Source: Solirubrobacterales bacterium
GTDB lineage: Bacteria > Actinomycetota > Thermoleophilia > Solirubrobacterales > Solirubrobacteraceae
Direction: 5' to 3'
Assembly (NCBI GenBank): GCA_947474595.1
Contig: CANJIV010000004.1
Coordinates: 148,732-212,731 of the forward strand
DNA length: 64,000 nucleotides
The notes beneath the pieces are model-generated. The model saw nothing but the letters and a program-made list of their open reading frames with translations, searched no databases and was not told the DNA's origin. Both the position numbers and the translations under genes were made by a program. The stretch's first letter is position 1; every line of letters starts with the position of its first letter. Below are positions 39,143 through 47,976 of the stretch, piece after piece.

Positions 39143-39219
39143 TTATAGCCGTCTCTAGCCGAGCAGGGGTGATGCTGACCGTACCCTATGGCACGGCCAG
39201 CATTTTCACCACTTAACCG

Positions 39220-40296
39220 CTAGGCCAAAGAGCAAACTTCCCCGAACTCGCCGAGTGTGTCTGCCGTTACGCGACCTTCTTCTTTTTGGTTGAGCGCTTC
39301 GATCTTCTTCCCTGCGAGGAAGTCGATTATTAGCGGGAATACGAATTCACCCTCGACGCTAGGCGCCTGAGTGGCCGTTCCGTACTGCTCACCAGCCTTA
39401 ATCGCATCGATGCCGACCTTGAAGCAGTTGCTTCCGGTGACAATCAATCCCTTGTTCTTAACACCAAGCGGGAGGTTTGCCTGCTTGGCTGATTGAATGA
39501 TGCCAGCGGCCATGTAGTCGGCCATTCCGTAAGCACCTTGGATACCACCTTGGTTGGCGTACTTAGCGAACAGCTGCTGAGCGATCTTCGCCGACTTAAC
39601 CTGATCCCAGCTGCCGTCCTCAGTGGCGACGAGCTTGAACGTCGGGTTCTTGGCGAGAACCTCATTGAATGCCTCCATGCGGTCCTTGGCAGTATTCGTG
39701 CCAGCGGTTCCGGTGATAGCAATCAAGTTGCCGCCCGTCTTACCTTCAGCCTTGATTCCCTCGATCAGGTTCTCGGCTGCGTACTGTCCGAGTTGCTTCT
39801 GGTTTGCAAGGATCGACGACGTTAGGTTGGGGATGCTTCCGTCTGCTGCACGTCCGTTGAGGTTGAATATCGGCACCCCAGCAGCCTTGGCTTGCGTTAC
39901 CGCAGGCACGATCGAGTTGTCGTCAGATGCAACGACGAGAACTGCGTCAGGCTTTGCAGCAATCGCTTGCTTCAGGTTCTGCACCTGAACATTTGGATCG
40001 AATCCGTCCTCAAGATAAGTAACGTCAACGCCAGCTGCCTTGAGTCCGTCGATGATTGTGTGGTTGTAGATCTTGCACCACGGGTTTTGATCGAAGCAAG
40101 AAACGAGAACTACCTTCTTGCCCTTGACGTCGGCGACGGCTGCTGTCGTCTCAGCCGGTGCAGCCGTATCGACCTTTGCCGGGGTCGTTGAACTGCTCGA
40201 GTCGCTGCCGCAACCGGCAGCAACGCCAACGACGGCGAAGGCTGCGACTACCGCAGCTATGCGCCCCTTGCTTTGTAACGTCTTACTGATCCTCAT
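39220..40296 (-). CDS. sugar ABC transporter substrate-binding lipoprotein (periplasmic binding protein type I)
   Basis: 358 aa. Lipobox VAAGCGS after the signal peptide. RbsB-like alternating beta/alpha pattern. Confidence 0.85.
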   Translation of the reverse strand: MRISKTLQSKGRIAAVVAAFAVVGVAAGCGSDSSSSTTPAKVDTAAPAETTAAVADVKGKKVVLVSCFDQNPWCKIYNHTIIDGLKAAGVDVTYLEDGFDPNVQVQNLKQAIAAKPDAVLVVASDDNSIVPAVTQAKAAGVPIFNLNGRAADGSIPNLTSSILANQKQLGQYAAENLIEGIKAEGKTGGNLIAITGTAGTNTAKDRMEAFNEVLAKNPTFKLVATEDGSWDQVKSAKIAQQLFAKYANQGGIQGAYGMADYMAAGIIQSAKQANLPLGVKNKGLIVTGSNCFKVGIDAIKAGEQYGTATQAPSVEGEFVFPLIIDFLAGKKIEALNQKEEGRVTADTLGEFGEVCSLA

Positions 40297-40362
40297 GTGA
40301 CTCCTCTCCTTTGCCCGGCAGGATTGCTGGGCAGGTTACTTATTGATGATGAAAGAGCATCG

Positions 40363-41124
40363 TTATTGCGCGGTGTATCCACCGTCCACTAGCAGGGCGT
40401 GACCTGTCACATACGACGAGTCGTCGCTCATTAGGAATAGGGCTGCGGCAGCCTGCTCCTTGGGATCTCCGAGGCGACCCAAGGGGTGACGATCTGTCAA
40501 CCAGGCCCGTGTGCCTTCGGGGTCGCCCGTGGCATCCATCCAATCCTGAAGAAACGGCGTCTCGGTCCCGCCTGGGCACAGTGCATTAACCCGAATCTGA
40601 TCTGGCGCCAATTCCAGCGCCAGCGACTTGCTGATGCTGATCGCAGCAGCCTTAGTCATCGCGTAGAGAACCGACCCACCAGCGCCAACGACGCCAAAGG
40701 TTGATCCGAGGTTGATGATTGATCCGCCGCCAGCGGCACGCAGGTGTGGAATCGTGGCTCGTGAGACGAGGAACATACTCGTAACGTTCGTCGCCATCGT
40801 TGCGTTCCACAGACCGAGGTCGAAATCCTCGAGCGGGCCGGCAGGAGCTACTCCGGCGTTGTTTACGACTCCATCGATGCGGCCGTTTTCAGCGACCACC
40901 TCAGCGACCCAGCGGGCCACGTCGTTCTCGTCGGATACATCGCATTGATAGAAGGTCGCTCGGCCACTCTCTTGCGCGAGCTCCGCGGCTAGCCGCTCGC
41001 CACGCTCAACGTCGCGACCACAGAAGGCCACGAGCGCACCCTCTTGCGAAAATAGTCGGGTGATAGCTTCGCCGATGCCGCGACTTCCTCCGGTTACGAG
41101 TACGACCTTATCCTTGAGCCTCAT
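40363..41124 (-). CDS. SDR family oxidoreductase
   Basis: 253 aa. TGGSRGIG, NNAG and YAMTK motifs. Confidence 0.85.
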   Translation of the reverse strand: MRLKDKVVLVTGGSRGIGEAITRLFSQEGALVAFCGRDVERGERLAAELAQESGRATFYQCDVSDENDVARWVAEVVAENGRIDGVVNNAGVAPAGPLEDFDLGLWNATMATNVTSMFLVSRATIPHLRAAGGGSIINLGSTFGVVGAGGSVLYAMTKAAAISISKSLALELAPDQIRVNALCPGGTETPFLQDWMDATGDPEGTRAWLTDRHPLGRLGDPKEQAAAALFLMSDDSSYVTGHALLVDGGYTAQ

Positions 41125-41126
41125 TA

Positions 41127-42941
41127 CTAGTTCCCCTCTATTGACAGGTTATCGGCTTTAACAAAAGTAGGTAAGAAAGTTCTTAACTGAACGTCGAAAA
41201 GGCCCTCGTGGGAGAGCTTCAAGAAGGGCAGCTCTCCGCAAACGGCCGTAAATGCAAGATTGTGAAATGGCGCCTCCATATTGCAGCCGAGCTGGCGGGC
41301 TTTCTCATAGAGATCTTCCATGGCTGCGATAAACTTATCTGCTGGGGCGTCGGACATCAATCCGCAGAGGTCCATTGAAACCGTTGTCACCTGATCGCCG
41401 TCAACGACAACAAAGCCACCACCAACGTCGACAAGCGCATTCGCTGCGACCGCCAGCGCGTCGTCATCTACCCCTGCAACAAGGACGTTGTGGTACATCG
41501 GGTTATACGTAGTGCCGATCGCGCCGCGGGTGATGCCATAGCCCTGCAAAAACGCCACAGCAGGAGGATCGTCGGTGCCATAGCGGTCAAACATCGCGAG
41601 CTTGATCACATCCTGGGATGGATCGCTCGTTACAACGCCGTCGCGAACGGGAAGCTCGATGTGGCGCTCGTCAGAGACGAGGGTGTCGCCCCCGATCACC
41701 CGCACCAGCGCCGTGGCTGTCGCCCCCGGCGCCTTGACAGTGATAGAGGCTGCCGTCGCGGGGGCGTGGAGTTTGACCGTATCTCGCAGAAAAGCTGGAT
41801 AGACGGGCCTGCGAAGGTCGGCGACCACCTCACCGTCCTTGACCACTAACTGCCCCTTCGCAACCACCGAGCGGACGTTGAACGCATCAAGATCTTCGAC
41901 GACCAAGACATCGGCCTGGCGCCCAGGCGCGAGGCTTCCCATCTTGTGATCTACGCGGTAGTAGCGAGCAGCGTTGACTGTCGCCATCTGCACCGCGGCC
42001 ACGGCGTCAACCCCACCGAGTACGGCGAGTCGGATGCTCTGATCGATGTGGCCGACCCTAACTGCCTCGACGGGATCTAGAACGTCGGCGCAAAACATGA
42101 AGTTGTGCGGACTTGCGCCATGCTCAGTGATCGCTTTCTGCAGTTCGACTTGGTTGCGAGCGACAACCGACTCGCGCATCGAAACCATCATTCCTGCTCG
42201 AATCCGGGCCAAGGCCTCTTCGGCTGTGGTCGCCTCATGATCGGCGGTCACCCCCATCGCGGCGTAGGCGCTTAAGTCGTTACCGGTGAGGCCGGCACCA
42301 TGTCCCATCACGACCTGCCCTTCGCTTAGCGTGCGTGCAAGCAAGGCGCGAACCACAGGGTCCTTCTCGGTCATCGGGATCAGCGGCGGCTCCTCAAGGC
42401 CGACACACCCTTCCCATCCGCTGACCTCTTCTAGATCGGCGCCACTGAGGCTATTTGGTGCTCCCGGAAGACCGAGTTCAAGATTCTGGAGGTAGCCGAG
42501 AATCGGTACTTGGACAAGCACAGTTATCGGCGTGCGCCGCAGCTCGTCGATGAAGAAGCGAACGGCATCGAGGCCGCGGATCTGACCGCCTCCGTACATC
42601 GCTTCTGGGAGCGCCGTCGTCCCACGCAATAAGAGAATTCGGGCGAGCTCAGTGGGGTTGAGATTGGACTCATAGAGGTGCATGTGCGTCTCTATGAGTC
42701 CGGGAGTCAGATATGCACCAGCTACGTCATGAACGGTGGTGCTAGGGCCGATCAAGGAATCGATCTCGCCGCAGGCGACAATTACGTCTCCAGTTATGGC
42801 CACTCCTCCAGCACTAATACTCCCGCTCCAGACATCCACCACCTGTCCGTTTACGAGCGCAACATCAGCACTTCGATGCCCAATGAGCACTTCGAGGGCG
42901 TCGATCCTGGCGTGCATTGCATCGTTAATAGGCTTACTCAT
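41127..42941 (-). CDS. adenine-deaminase-like amidohydrolase superfamily protein
   Basis: 604 aa. N-terminal beta-sandwich followed by HxH (GLIETHMHLYES). Size and C-terminal extension match the adenine deaminase family; the substrate is not inferable. Confidence 0.65.
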   Translation of the reverse strand: MSKPINDAMHARIDALEVLIGHRSADVALVNGQVVDVWSGSISAGGVAITGDVIVACGEIDSLIGPSTTVHDVAGAYLTPGLIETHMHLYESNLNPTELARILLLRGTTALPEAMYGGGQIRGLDAVRFFIDELRRTPITVLVQVPILGYLQNLELGLPGAPNSLSGADLEEVSGWEGCVGLEEPPLIPMTEKDPVVRALLARTLSEGQVVMGHGAGLTGNDLSAYAAMGVTADHEATTAEEALARIRAGMMVSMRESVVARNQVELQKAITEHGASPHNFMFCADVLDPVEAVRVGHIDQSIRLAVLGGVDAVAAVQMATVNAARYYRVDHKMGSLAPGRQADVLVVEDLDAFNVRSVVAKGQLVVKDGEVVADLRRPVYPAFLRDTVKLHAPATAASITVKAPGATATALVRVIGGDTLVSDERHIELPVRDGVVTSDPSQDVIKLAMFDRYGTDDPPAVAFLQGYGITRGAIGTTYNPMYHNVLVAGVDDDALAVAANALVDVGGGFVVVDGDQVTTVSMDLCGLMSDAPADKFIAAMEDLYEKARQLGCNMEAPFHNLAFTAVCGELPFLKLSHEGLFDVQLRTFLPTFVKADNLSIEGN

Positions 42942-43001
42942 TATCGCCCCCGGCCGATGCTGCTTGGATTGCTCGCCGATCGGCCACGCTTTTCGTTAGC
43001 G

Positions 43002-43031
43002 ACAATAACAAACCATTAGTGACGCTGTCAA
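43002..43031 (-). promoter_or_regulatory. predicted promoter of the amidohydrolase-ABC operon: -35 TTGACA, 18-nt spacer, -10 TATTGT
   Basis: The minus-strand sequence reads gcTTGACAgcgtcactaatggtttgtTATTGTcgctaacg. Degenerate copies of the CGCTAAC half-site flank the -10. Confidence 0.4.
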
Positions 43032-43136
43032 GCATCCCGCCTAGCGCCATCCCGTCCGAGGTGACGACATGCGATTGGCGTCCTAAATTCCTCGAGGATA
43101 GGGCGGTAAGTGAATGTAGTGTGCTCGGTAGCATTG

Positions 43137-44042
43137 CTAACGAGCAGCTCCCGCATGTCCGGCAGTAAGAGACGCCTTGGAGAGACCAAAAAGCTCTTCG
43201 GCGGCCTGTACATCCGCAACCTCGCGCTCAACAGCGGCGGACAGATGCACAAGGCGCTCAATCAGCTGCGCATTAGAGGTGGCCGGTACGCCGCGACGCA
43301 GCATCAGGGTGTCTTCCATGCCGGTGCGAGCATTACCGCCCATCGCCAAGCCGATCGCGGTCATCGCCAAGTTGGCGCGACCGATCGCAATCACCTGCCA
43401 AATCGCGTCGGGTGGAAGCTGCTCTACGAGGTGTAGGAGGTTGCGAGCGTTAGCGCCCATTCCGCCCTTGACGCCGAGCACAAGCGAACAGGTCACAGGA
43501 GATTCGATCAGGCCTTCAGAGATCAGCGCTAAAGCGAGCTCAACGTGGCCGCTGTCGTAGAGCTCAAGCTCGGGTCTAATCCCTAGCTCGGCCATCCGCG
43601 TCGCCAGACGACGGACGCCGTCTGGGGGATTGCTGAACTCTCCTGCACCGAAAGACATCGAGCCGACATTGAGCGTGGCCATACGAGGCCGCACCTCTAT
43701 TAGGGCCATGCGCTCTTCATAGGGGACACCGAGACCGACCCCCGTGGAGAGTTGAATGATCGCTGGGCATGCCTCCTCTACAAGGGCCACCGTCCGCCGA
43801 GCGATATCGAGGTCGGCTGTTGGTCGGCCGTCGGAGTCACGCAGGTGAATGTGAACTACCGCTGCACCAGCCTCATATGCCCCTCGCGCCGAAGCGGCGA
43901 TCTCTTCTGGTGTGGTGGGAAGGTGCGGGTTATCGGCCTTGGTGGCGATCGGTCCCGTCAGTGCGGCTGTAATTACGACCTGATCACTGGCCACAACACG
44001 AACTGGATCAACACCTTCTGCCATATCAGACGAAGGCAACAA
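43137..44042 (-). CDS. beta-keto acid cleavage enzyme (BKACE/DUF849, 3-keto-5-aminohexanoate cleavage family)
   Basis: 301 aa. ITAALTG...PTTPEEIA...AGAAVVHIHLRD is the family signature. Confidence 0.8.
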   Translation of the reverse strand: MLPSSDMAEGVDPVRVVASDQVVITAALTGPIATKADNPHLPTTPEEIAASARGAYEAGAAVVHIHLRDSDGRPTADLDIARRTVALVEEACPAIIQLSTGVGLGVPYEERMALIEVRPRMATLNVGSMSFGAGEFSNPPDGVRRLATRMAELGIRPELELYDSGHVELALALISEGLIESPVTCSLVLGVKGGMGANARNLLHLVEQLPPDAIWQVIAIGRANLAMTAIGLAMGGNARTGMEDTLMLRRGVPATSNAQLIERLVHLSAAVEREVADVQAAEELFGLSKASLTAGHAGAAR

Positions 44043-44832
44043 CGCGTGACCATCCAGCGCTGGCTTTCTCTACCTTGATTGGGAAACAGGCGACCTTGAA
44101 GCCAAAGGGCCTAGGTACCTCGCGAAGGTTTACGAGCTTTTCTATCTGGCAGTACTCCTGTTCGAGTCCTGCGAAATGAGCCTCCCAGATGACGCTTCCA
44201 TCCCCGGTCTCTTTGAACTCGGCCGCCATATCTTCGAACTTACGGTCAAAGCCATACATGTCGACGCCGATGACTTTGATTCCTTGCGAGACCAGCCAGA
44301 GAGTTGACGCCCTCGTCATACCAGGCTGTTCGAAGTACGCAGGCGAGCCGAGGTCAACGTCACGGCCACACATAATCATCACGATATCTAGCGGCTTGAG
44401 CGTGTAACCAATCAAGTCGAGCGCCGATTCAAGATCGACTATTTCAATCTTCTCACCGTTCTTCTTGTGACGCAGATCGAGGATCACACCGTCGGAGAAA
44501 AACCACTCCAACGGACACTCCTCGATCGTCTTAGCTGGCTTTCCGCCCGACTGCGGCCCGTAGTGAAACGGTGCGTCTACGTGGGTGCCGCAGTGCGTGA
44601 TCGCCGTAACCTCTTCAAACGCTGGCCCTAGGCCGCCAGACGCCACAAGGTCTTCAGGGGATGCGCCGAACGTGTTGCGTACCCACTCGACTCCCTCTAC
44701 CTCGTGACGAATCCGCTCAATGCTCGGCTTCCAGGGCTCGTGGGCTGCTTGATGCTCGATGCCCGTGCTGAGGTCAACCATGCGGGTAAACGAAATGGTT
44801 TGCTCAGATGGCACCGTCTCTGTGCTTGACAC
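44026..44832 (-). CDS. cyclase family protein (kynurenine formamidase-like metal hydrolase)
   Basis: HxGTHxDxPxH motif (THCGTHVDAPFH). Start trimmed to the GTG at 44832, preceded by GGAG, because the ORF-track TTG start lies inside a 16-bp hairpin. Confidence 0.75.
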   Translation of the reverse strand: MSSTETVPSEQTISFTRMVDLSTGIEHQAAHEPWKPSIERIRHEVEGVEWVRNTFGASPEDLVASGGLGPAFEEVTAITHCGTHVDAPFHYGPQSGGKPAKTIEECPLEWFFSDGVILDLRHKKNGEKIEIVDLESALDLIGYTLKPLDIVMIMCGRDVDLGSPAYFEQPGMTRASTLWLVSQGIKVIGVDMYGFDRKFEDMAAEFKETGDGSVIWEAHFAGLEQEYCQIEKLVNLREVPRPFGFKVACFPIKVEKASAGWSRVVAFV

Positions 44833-44856
44833 TCTCTGCTCCAGTATTAATGGGAC

Positions 44857-44894
44857 CGTCCATCTGCCCAACAGCCGAGTTGGGCAGATGGACG
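44857..44894 (-). other. perfect 16-bp stem / 6-nt loop intercistronic hairpin between the LLM and cyclase genes
   Basis: cgtccatctgcccaac (44857-44872), agccga loop, gttgggcagatggacg (44879-44894). The arms are exact reverse complements. No U-tract follows on the coding (minus) strand. Confidence 0.9.
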
Positions 44895-44925
44895 AATCCG
44901 AATGTTCTGAGTACTAAGCGGGCTG

Positions 44926-46194
44926 CTAGGCAGGAACTGGCGTCTTAGAGCTGAGCCCGAACTCTGGGCAGACCTCATTGGCGAACAGCTCGATCTGACG
45001 GAGGCCCTCATCCTTGGGAATCATTCCCCAATGGAAGAGCCAGACTAGGTAGTCGATCGGCAGTACCTCAAGGAACTCCTCGATCTGACGCTTAACGTCA
45101 TCGACGGTACCTGCGATCAGCAGGCCGCTGTTGACCAGCCGCTCCGTGAGGTGCTCGCCCGGCTTGGGCACAGGGCCCTCTTCGCCGACGAGACGTGAGC
45201 CCTCCATGAAGCCAAACTGCTCGTACCAGCCACGCCATACGGGCTCTTCATAGAGCTCAACCTGGCGACGCAACTCGGCCTTCCAGGTGTCCTCGGGAGT
45301 GCCGTTCTCGAAGATGTAGAAGGTGCGGCAGACGCCGATTCCTTCGCCAAATTTCGGGTTGCGACCGGCGCCGATTGCGGCCTCTTGATAGATATCAATG
45401 AGGGCCTTGAGGTTCTCTATTGGCCCTGCGAGGATCGTCGGAGTCACGTCCTCTTCTCCGCACCACTTCAGCGTTGCTGGGCTAGCCCCGAACGCCTGGA
45501 ATAGCTGAGGGTGAGGCAGCGTGTATGGCTTAGGTACGGCCGAGACTCCCTTGATCGTGCCGTGCTCGTCGACCTCTCCCGGAACGCCGTACTTACCTGT
45601 GATCGTCGCAGCAGGCGGCCAGTTGGGAATGCCTTCCTTTGGATAAGGAATTTGATAGGTCGGACCGTCATATGTGAGCAGATCTTCAGTCCAAGCCTTC
45701 TTCATGATCTTGAAGTTCTCGCTGAACAGCAACCGGTTGCTCTGGTCAGCGTCTCCGCCATCAGAGTTTGTCGACCCAACGCCAAAGCGCTGGCCAAGGA
45801 TGTTCTGCCAACGGGCTTGGTATCCGCGCGCCATGCCAACAAAGAAGCGACCTTTGAGCATGTGATCGGCGACTGCGATCTCTTCGGCCAAGCGGATCGG
45901 GTCGTGGGCTGGCAAAACGAGACCGAGCTGCCCATGCCGCAGACGCTTGGTGTAGTGGCCAAGGAAGACGTTAAGCAGAATTGGCGCCGGAGATATTTCC
46001 AGTCCCTCGGAGTGCATGTGGTGCTCGACGTGAGTGATGCCCCAATAACCGAGATCATCCGCGGCTTGGCAGAGTTCAATCATGCCCTCAAGCATGTTTT
46101 GGTAGGCATCGTTATTACGACCGATCGGCCGCAAGGCCTCCATCTCGGCTTCGGCACCAAGAGCTGGGTAGCACTGCAGGATTACTTCTGGCAT
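44926..46194 (-). CDS. LLM-class (luciferase-like) flavin-dependent monooxygenase
   Basis: Start trimmed to the ATG at 46194 (MPEVILQ), preceded by GAGGAGA. The TIM-barrel LLM pattern includes GITHVEHH...PIRLAEEIAVADHMLKGRFFVGMARGY. Confidence 0.75.
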   Translation of the reverse strand: MPEVILQCYPALGAEAEMEALRPIGRNNDAYQNMLEGMIELCQAADDLGYWGITHVEHHMHSEGLEISPAPILLNVFLGHYTKRLRHGQLGLVLPAHDPIRLAEEIAVADHMLKGRFFVGMARGYQARWQNILGQRFGVGSTNSDGGDADQSNRLLFSENFKIMKKAWTEDLLTYDGPTYQIPYPKEGIPNWPPAATITGKYGVPGEVDEHGTIKGVSAVPKPYTLPHPQLFQAFGASPATLKWCGEEDVTPTILAGPIENLKALIDIYQEAAIGAGRNPKFGEGIGVCRTFYIFENGTPEDTWKAELRRQVELYEEPVWRGWYEQFGFMEGSRLVGEEGPVPKPGEHLTERLVNSGLLIAGTVDDVKRQIEEFLEVLPIDYLVWLFHWGMIPKDEGLRQIELFANEVCPEFGLSSKTPVPA

Positions 46195-46284
46195 CTCTTC
46201 TCCTCTGATCAATCGGCTGGCTTTAGAATTTTCGCTTGCTGGCGAGTGCGCTAAACAGACCCACGCATCCCACAATGGTCAGTA

Positions 46285-46312
46285 ATTGTATACCGCATAC
46301 AATCCATGTCAA
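46285..46312 (-). promoter_or_regulatory. predicted promoter of the LLM operon (-35 TTGACA, 16 nt, -10 TACAAT) overlapped by the inverted repeat ATTGTAT-ACCGC-ATACAAT (candidate GntR operator)
   Basis: The minus-strand sequence reads ccTTGACAtggattgtatgcggtaTACAATt. The palindrome spans 46285-46303 and contains the TTGTATAC core typical of GntR-family operators. Confidence 0.5.
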
Positions 46313-46380
46313 GGTAAATTTAATCTGAGCTCACGGTGGTCCGTAGCCGCTTACTTTTGGGCTAAATGGCCGCTGACGGG

Positions 46381-46396
46381 CACTGCGTATACAGTG
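46381..46396. promoter_or_regulatory. palindrome CACTGCGTATACAGTG immediately upstream of the gntR start (candidate autoregulatory site)
   Basis: 5-bp arms CACTG/CAGTG around a GTATAC-containing centre. It lies 10 bp before the ATG at 46406 and 100 bp from the other GTATAC site. Confidence 0.35.
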
Positions 46397-46405
46397 TCGC
46401 GAGCA

Positions 46406-47155
46406 ATGACTCTCAAAATTGGCCCGGACAAAAAACTCAACCGTGAAAATGCCAGTGCGGCGGCCGCAGCAAGCATCCGTGAAGCGATCATCGCTGGGCA
46501 GCTGAGGCCGGGACAGCGACTCAAGGAAGGTGACCTCGCCGAGGCGCTGGGGATCAGCCGCACGCCGATTCGCGAAGCACTGATGCTACTCCAAGTCGAT
46601 GGACTGATCACGACCCTCCCAAGGCGGGGTTCGGTCGTGCGTGCCTTTGAAGCTTCCGAGCTCGCCGACATGCTCCAGCTGCGTATAGCTCTCGAGGATT
46701 TCGCTGCTCGGCAGGCCTGCGAACGCCGGACCAGCGCCGACCTTGTGGCCCTCGAGGAGAGCATCGTGCGCCTAGATGCCTTCGACGTTACAACTACGAA
46801 GGTGCTTGATATCTGGCGTGAAAACGTCGTATTCCATATCGCCATCGCTGAGGCTGGCCATGCCCTCAAGCTCGTGGAGTTCATGCGTAGCCTCTTTGAT
46901 CTGCCGGCCGCTTATCACCCGATCTTTTCGTATACGAAAGAAAATAAAGACCTTTTTGTTTCCCAGCATCGCCGCATCGCCGCCGCGCTGTCGGCGCGAG
47001 ACGGCGAAAGTGCTGCGCAACTTACCCGCGACCATGTGCTCGAGGCACGGGGACTTGCCTTAGAAGCACCCTCCACGAGTTCTAGTGTGGCGAACGGCGC
47101 GGCCACCGGTAGCAGGGCACCAGAACTGCGACTGGTAGCGCTACCGCTGCCCTAG
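46406..47155 (+). CDS. GntR family transcriptional regulator, FadR/FCD subfamily
   Basis: Start trimmed to the ATG at 46406 (MTLKIGPDKK). wHTH region LKEGDLAEALGISRTPIREAL plus an all-helical FCD C-terminal domain. Confidence 0.85.
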   Translation: MTLKIGPDKKLNRENASAAAAASIREAIIAGQLRPGQRLKEGDLAEALGISRTPIREALMLLQVDGLITTLPRRGSVVRAFEASELADMLQLRIALEDFAARQACERRTSADLVALEESIVRLDAFDVTTTKVLDIWRENVVFHIAIAEAGHALKLVEFMRSLFDLPAAYHPIFSYTKENKDLFVSQHRRIAAALSARDGESAAQLTRDHVLEARGLALEAPSTSSSVANGAATGSRAPELRLVALPLP

Positions 47156-47913
47156 ATCGCAGTCCAACCGCCGTCGACGGGGATTGCGGCTCCGGTTATG
47201 AAGCTAGCCTCGTCGCTTGCCAACATCCGGGCCATCGCAACGACCTCTTCGGGGCGGCCGACGCGCTTAGTGAGGTGTCCTTGCTCAAATCCACGCCACA
47301 CCTCTGCGGCCTCCTCCTCGCTCAGTTTGCTAACAAAGGCTCGCGGCATCGGCGTATCGATCACACCCGGGCAGATGGCGTTGACGCGGATCTTTGGTGC
47401 CAGGTCGATCGCGCACCCCTTCGTGAACATCAGCACCCCACCCTTAGCAGCGCAATAGGCGGCCATAAACTCGAAACCAACTATTCCACCGGTGGAGGAG
47501 ACATTAATAATTGACCCTGTGTCCATCAGCGGAGCGAGGAAGCGGGTCATCAAAAAAGTTCCTTTGAGGCTGACATCTTGGACCCGGTCCCACTCCTCCT
47601 CACTCGTCTCTAGAATCGGCTTACCAAGCACAATCCCAGCGTTGTTGTAGAGGACGTCGAGTCCACCGAAGCGCTCTTGGACTTGGCTTGCCAGCTCCTG
47701 CACCGCGGCTGAACTAGATACATCAACGCGCTGGAAGGCGAAGTCGTGACCGGCGGCGGTGAGGCGTTCGGCCAGCGCGTTTCCTGCCTCTTCATCGATG
47801 TCGACTCCGATTACGCGGGCGCCTTCGGAGCAGAAGATCTCGCAGGCCACCTGGCCCATACCGCCGGCCGCCCCACTGATGACTGTCCGTTTTGCTTCAA
47901 GTGAACCCATCAC
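47152..47913 (-). CDS. SDR family oxidoreductase
   Basis: 253 aa. GAAGGMG, NNAG and YCAAK motifs. Confidence 0.85.
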   Translation of the reverse strand: MMGSLEAKRTVISGAAGGMGQVACEIFCSEGARVIGVDIDEEAGNALAERLTAAGHDFAFQRVDVSSSAAVQELASQVQERFGGLDVLYNNAGIVLGKPILETSEEEWDRVQDVSLKGTFLMTRFLAPLMDTGSIINVSSTGGIVGFEFMAAYCAAKGGVLMFTKGCAIDLAPKIRVNAICPGVIDTPMPRAFVSKLSEEEAAEVWRGFEQGHLTKRVGRPEEVVAMARMLASDEASFITGAAIPVDGGWTAI

Positions 47914-47976
47914 GAATCTCCTTGGTCTTAGCGTCTTAGTTTGTTTGCGTCGGTGTCGCTGCTGGTGGTCCCGGGG

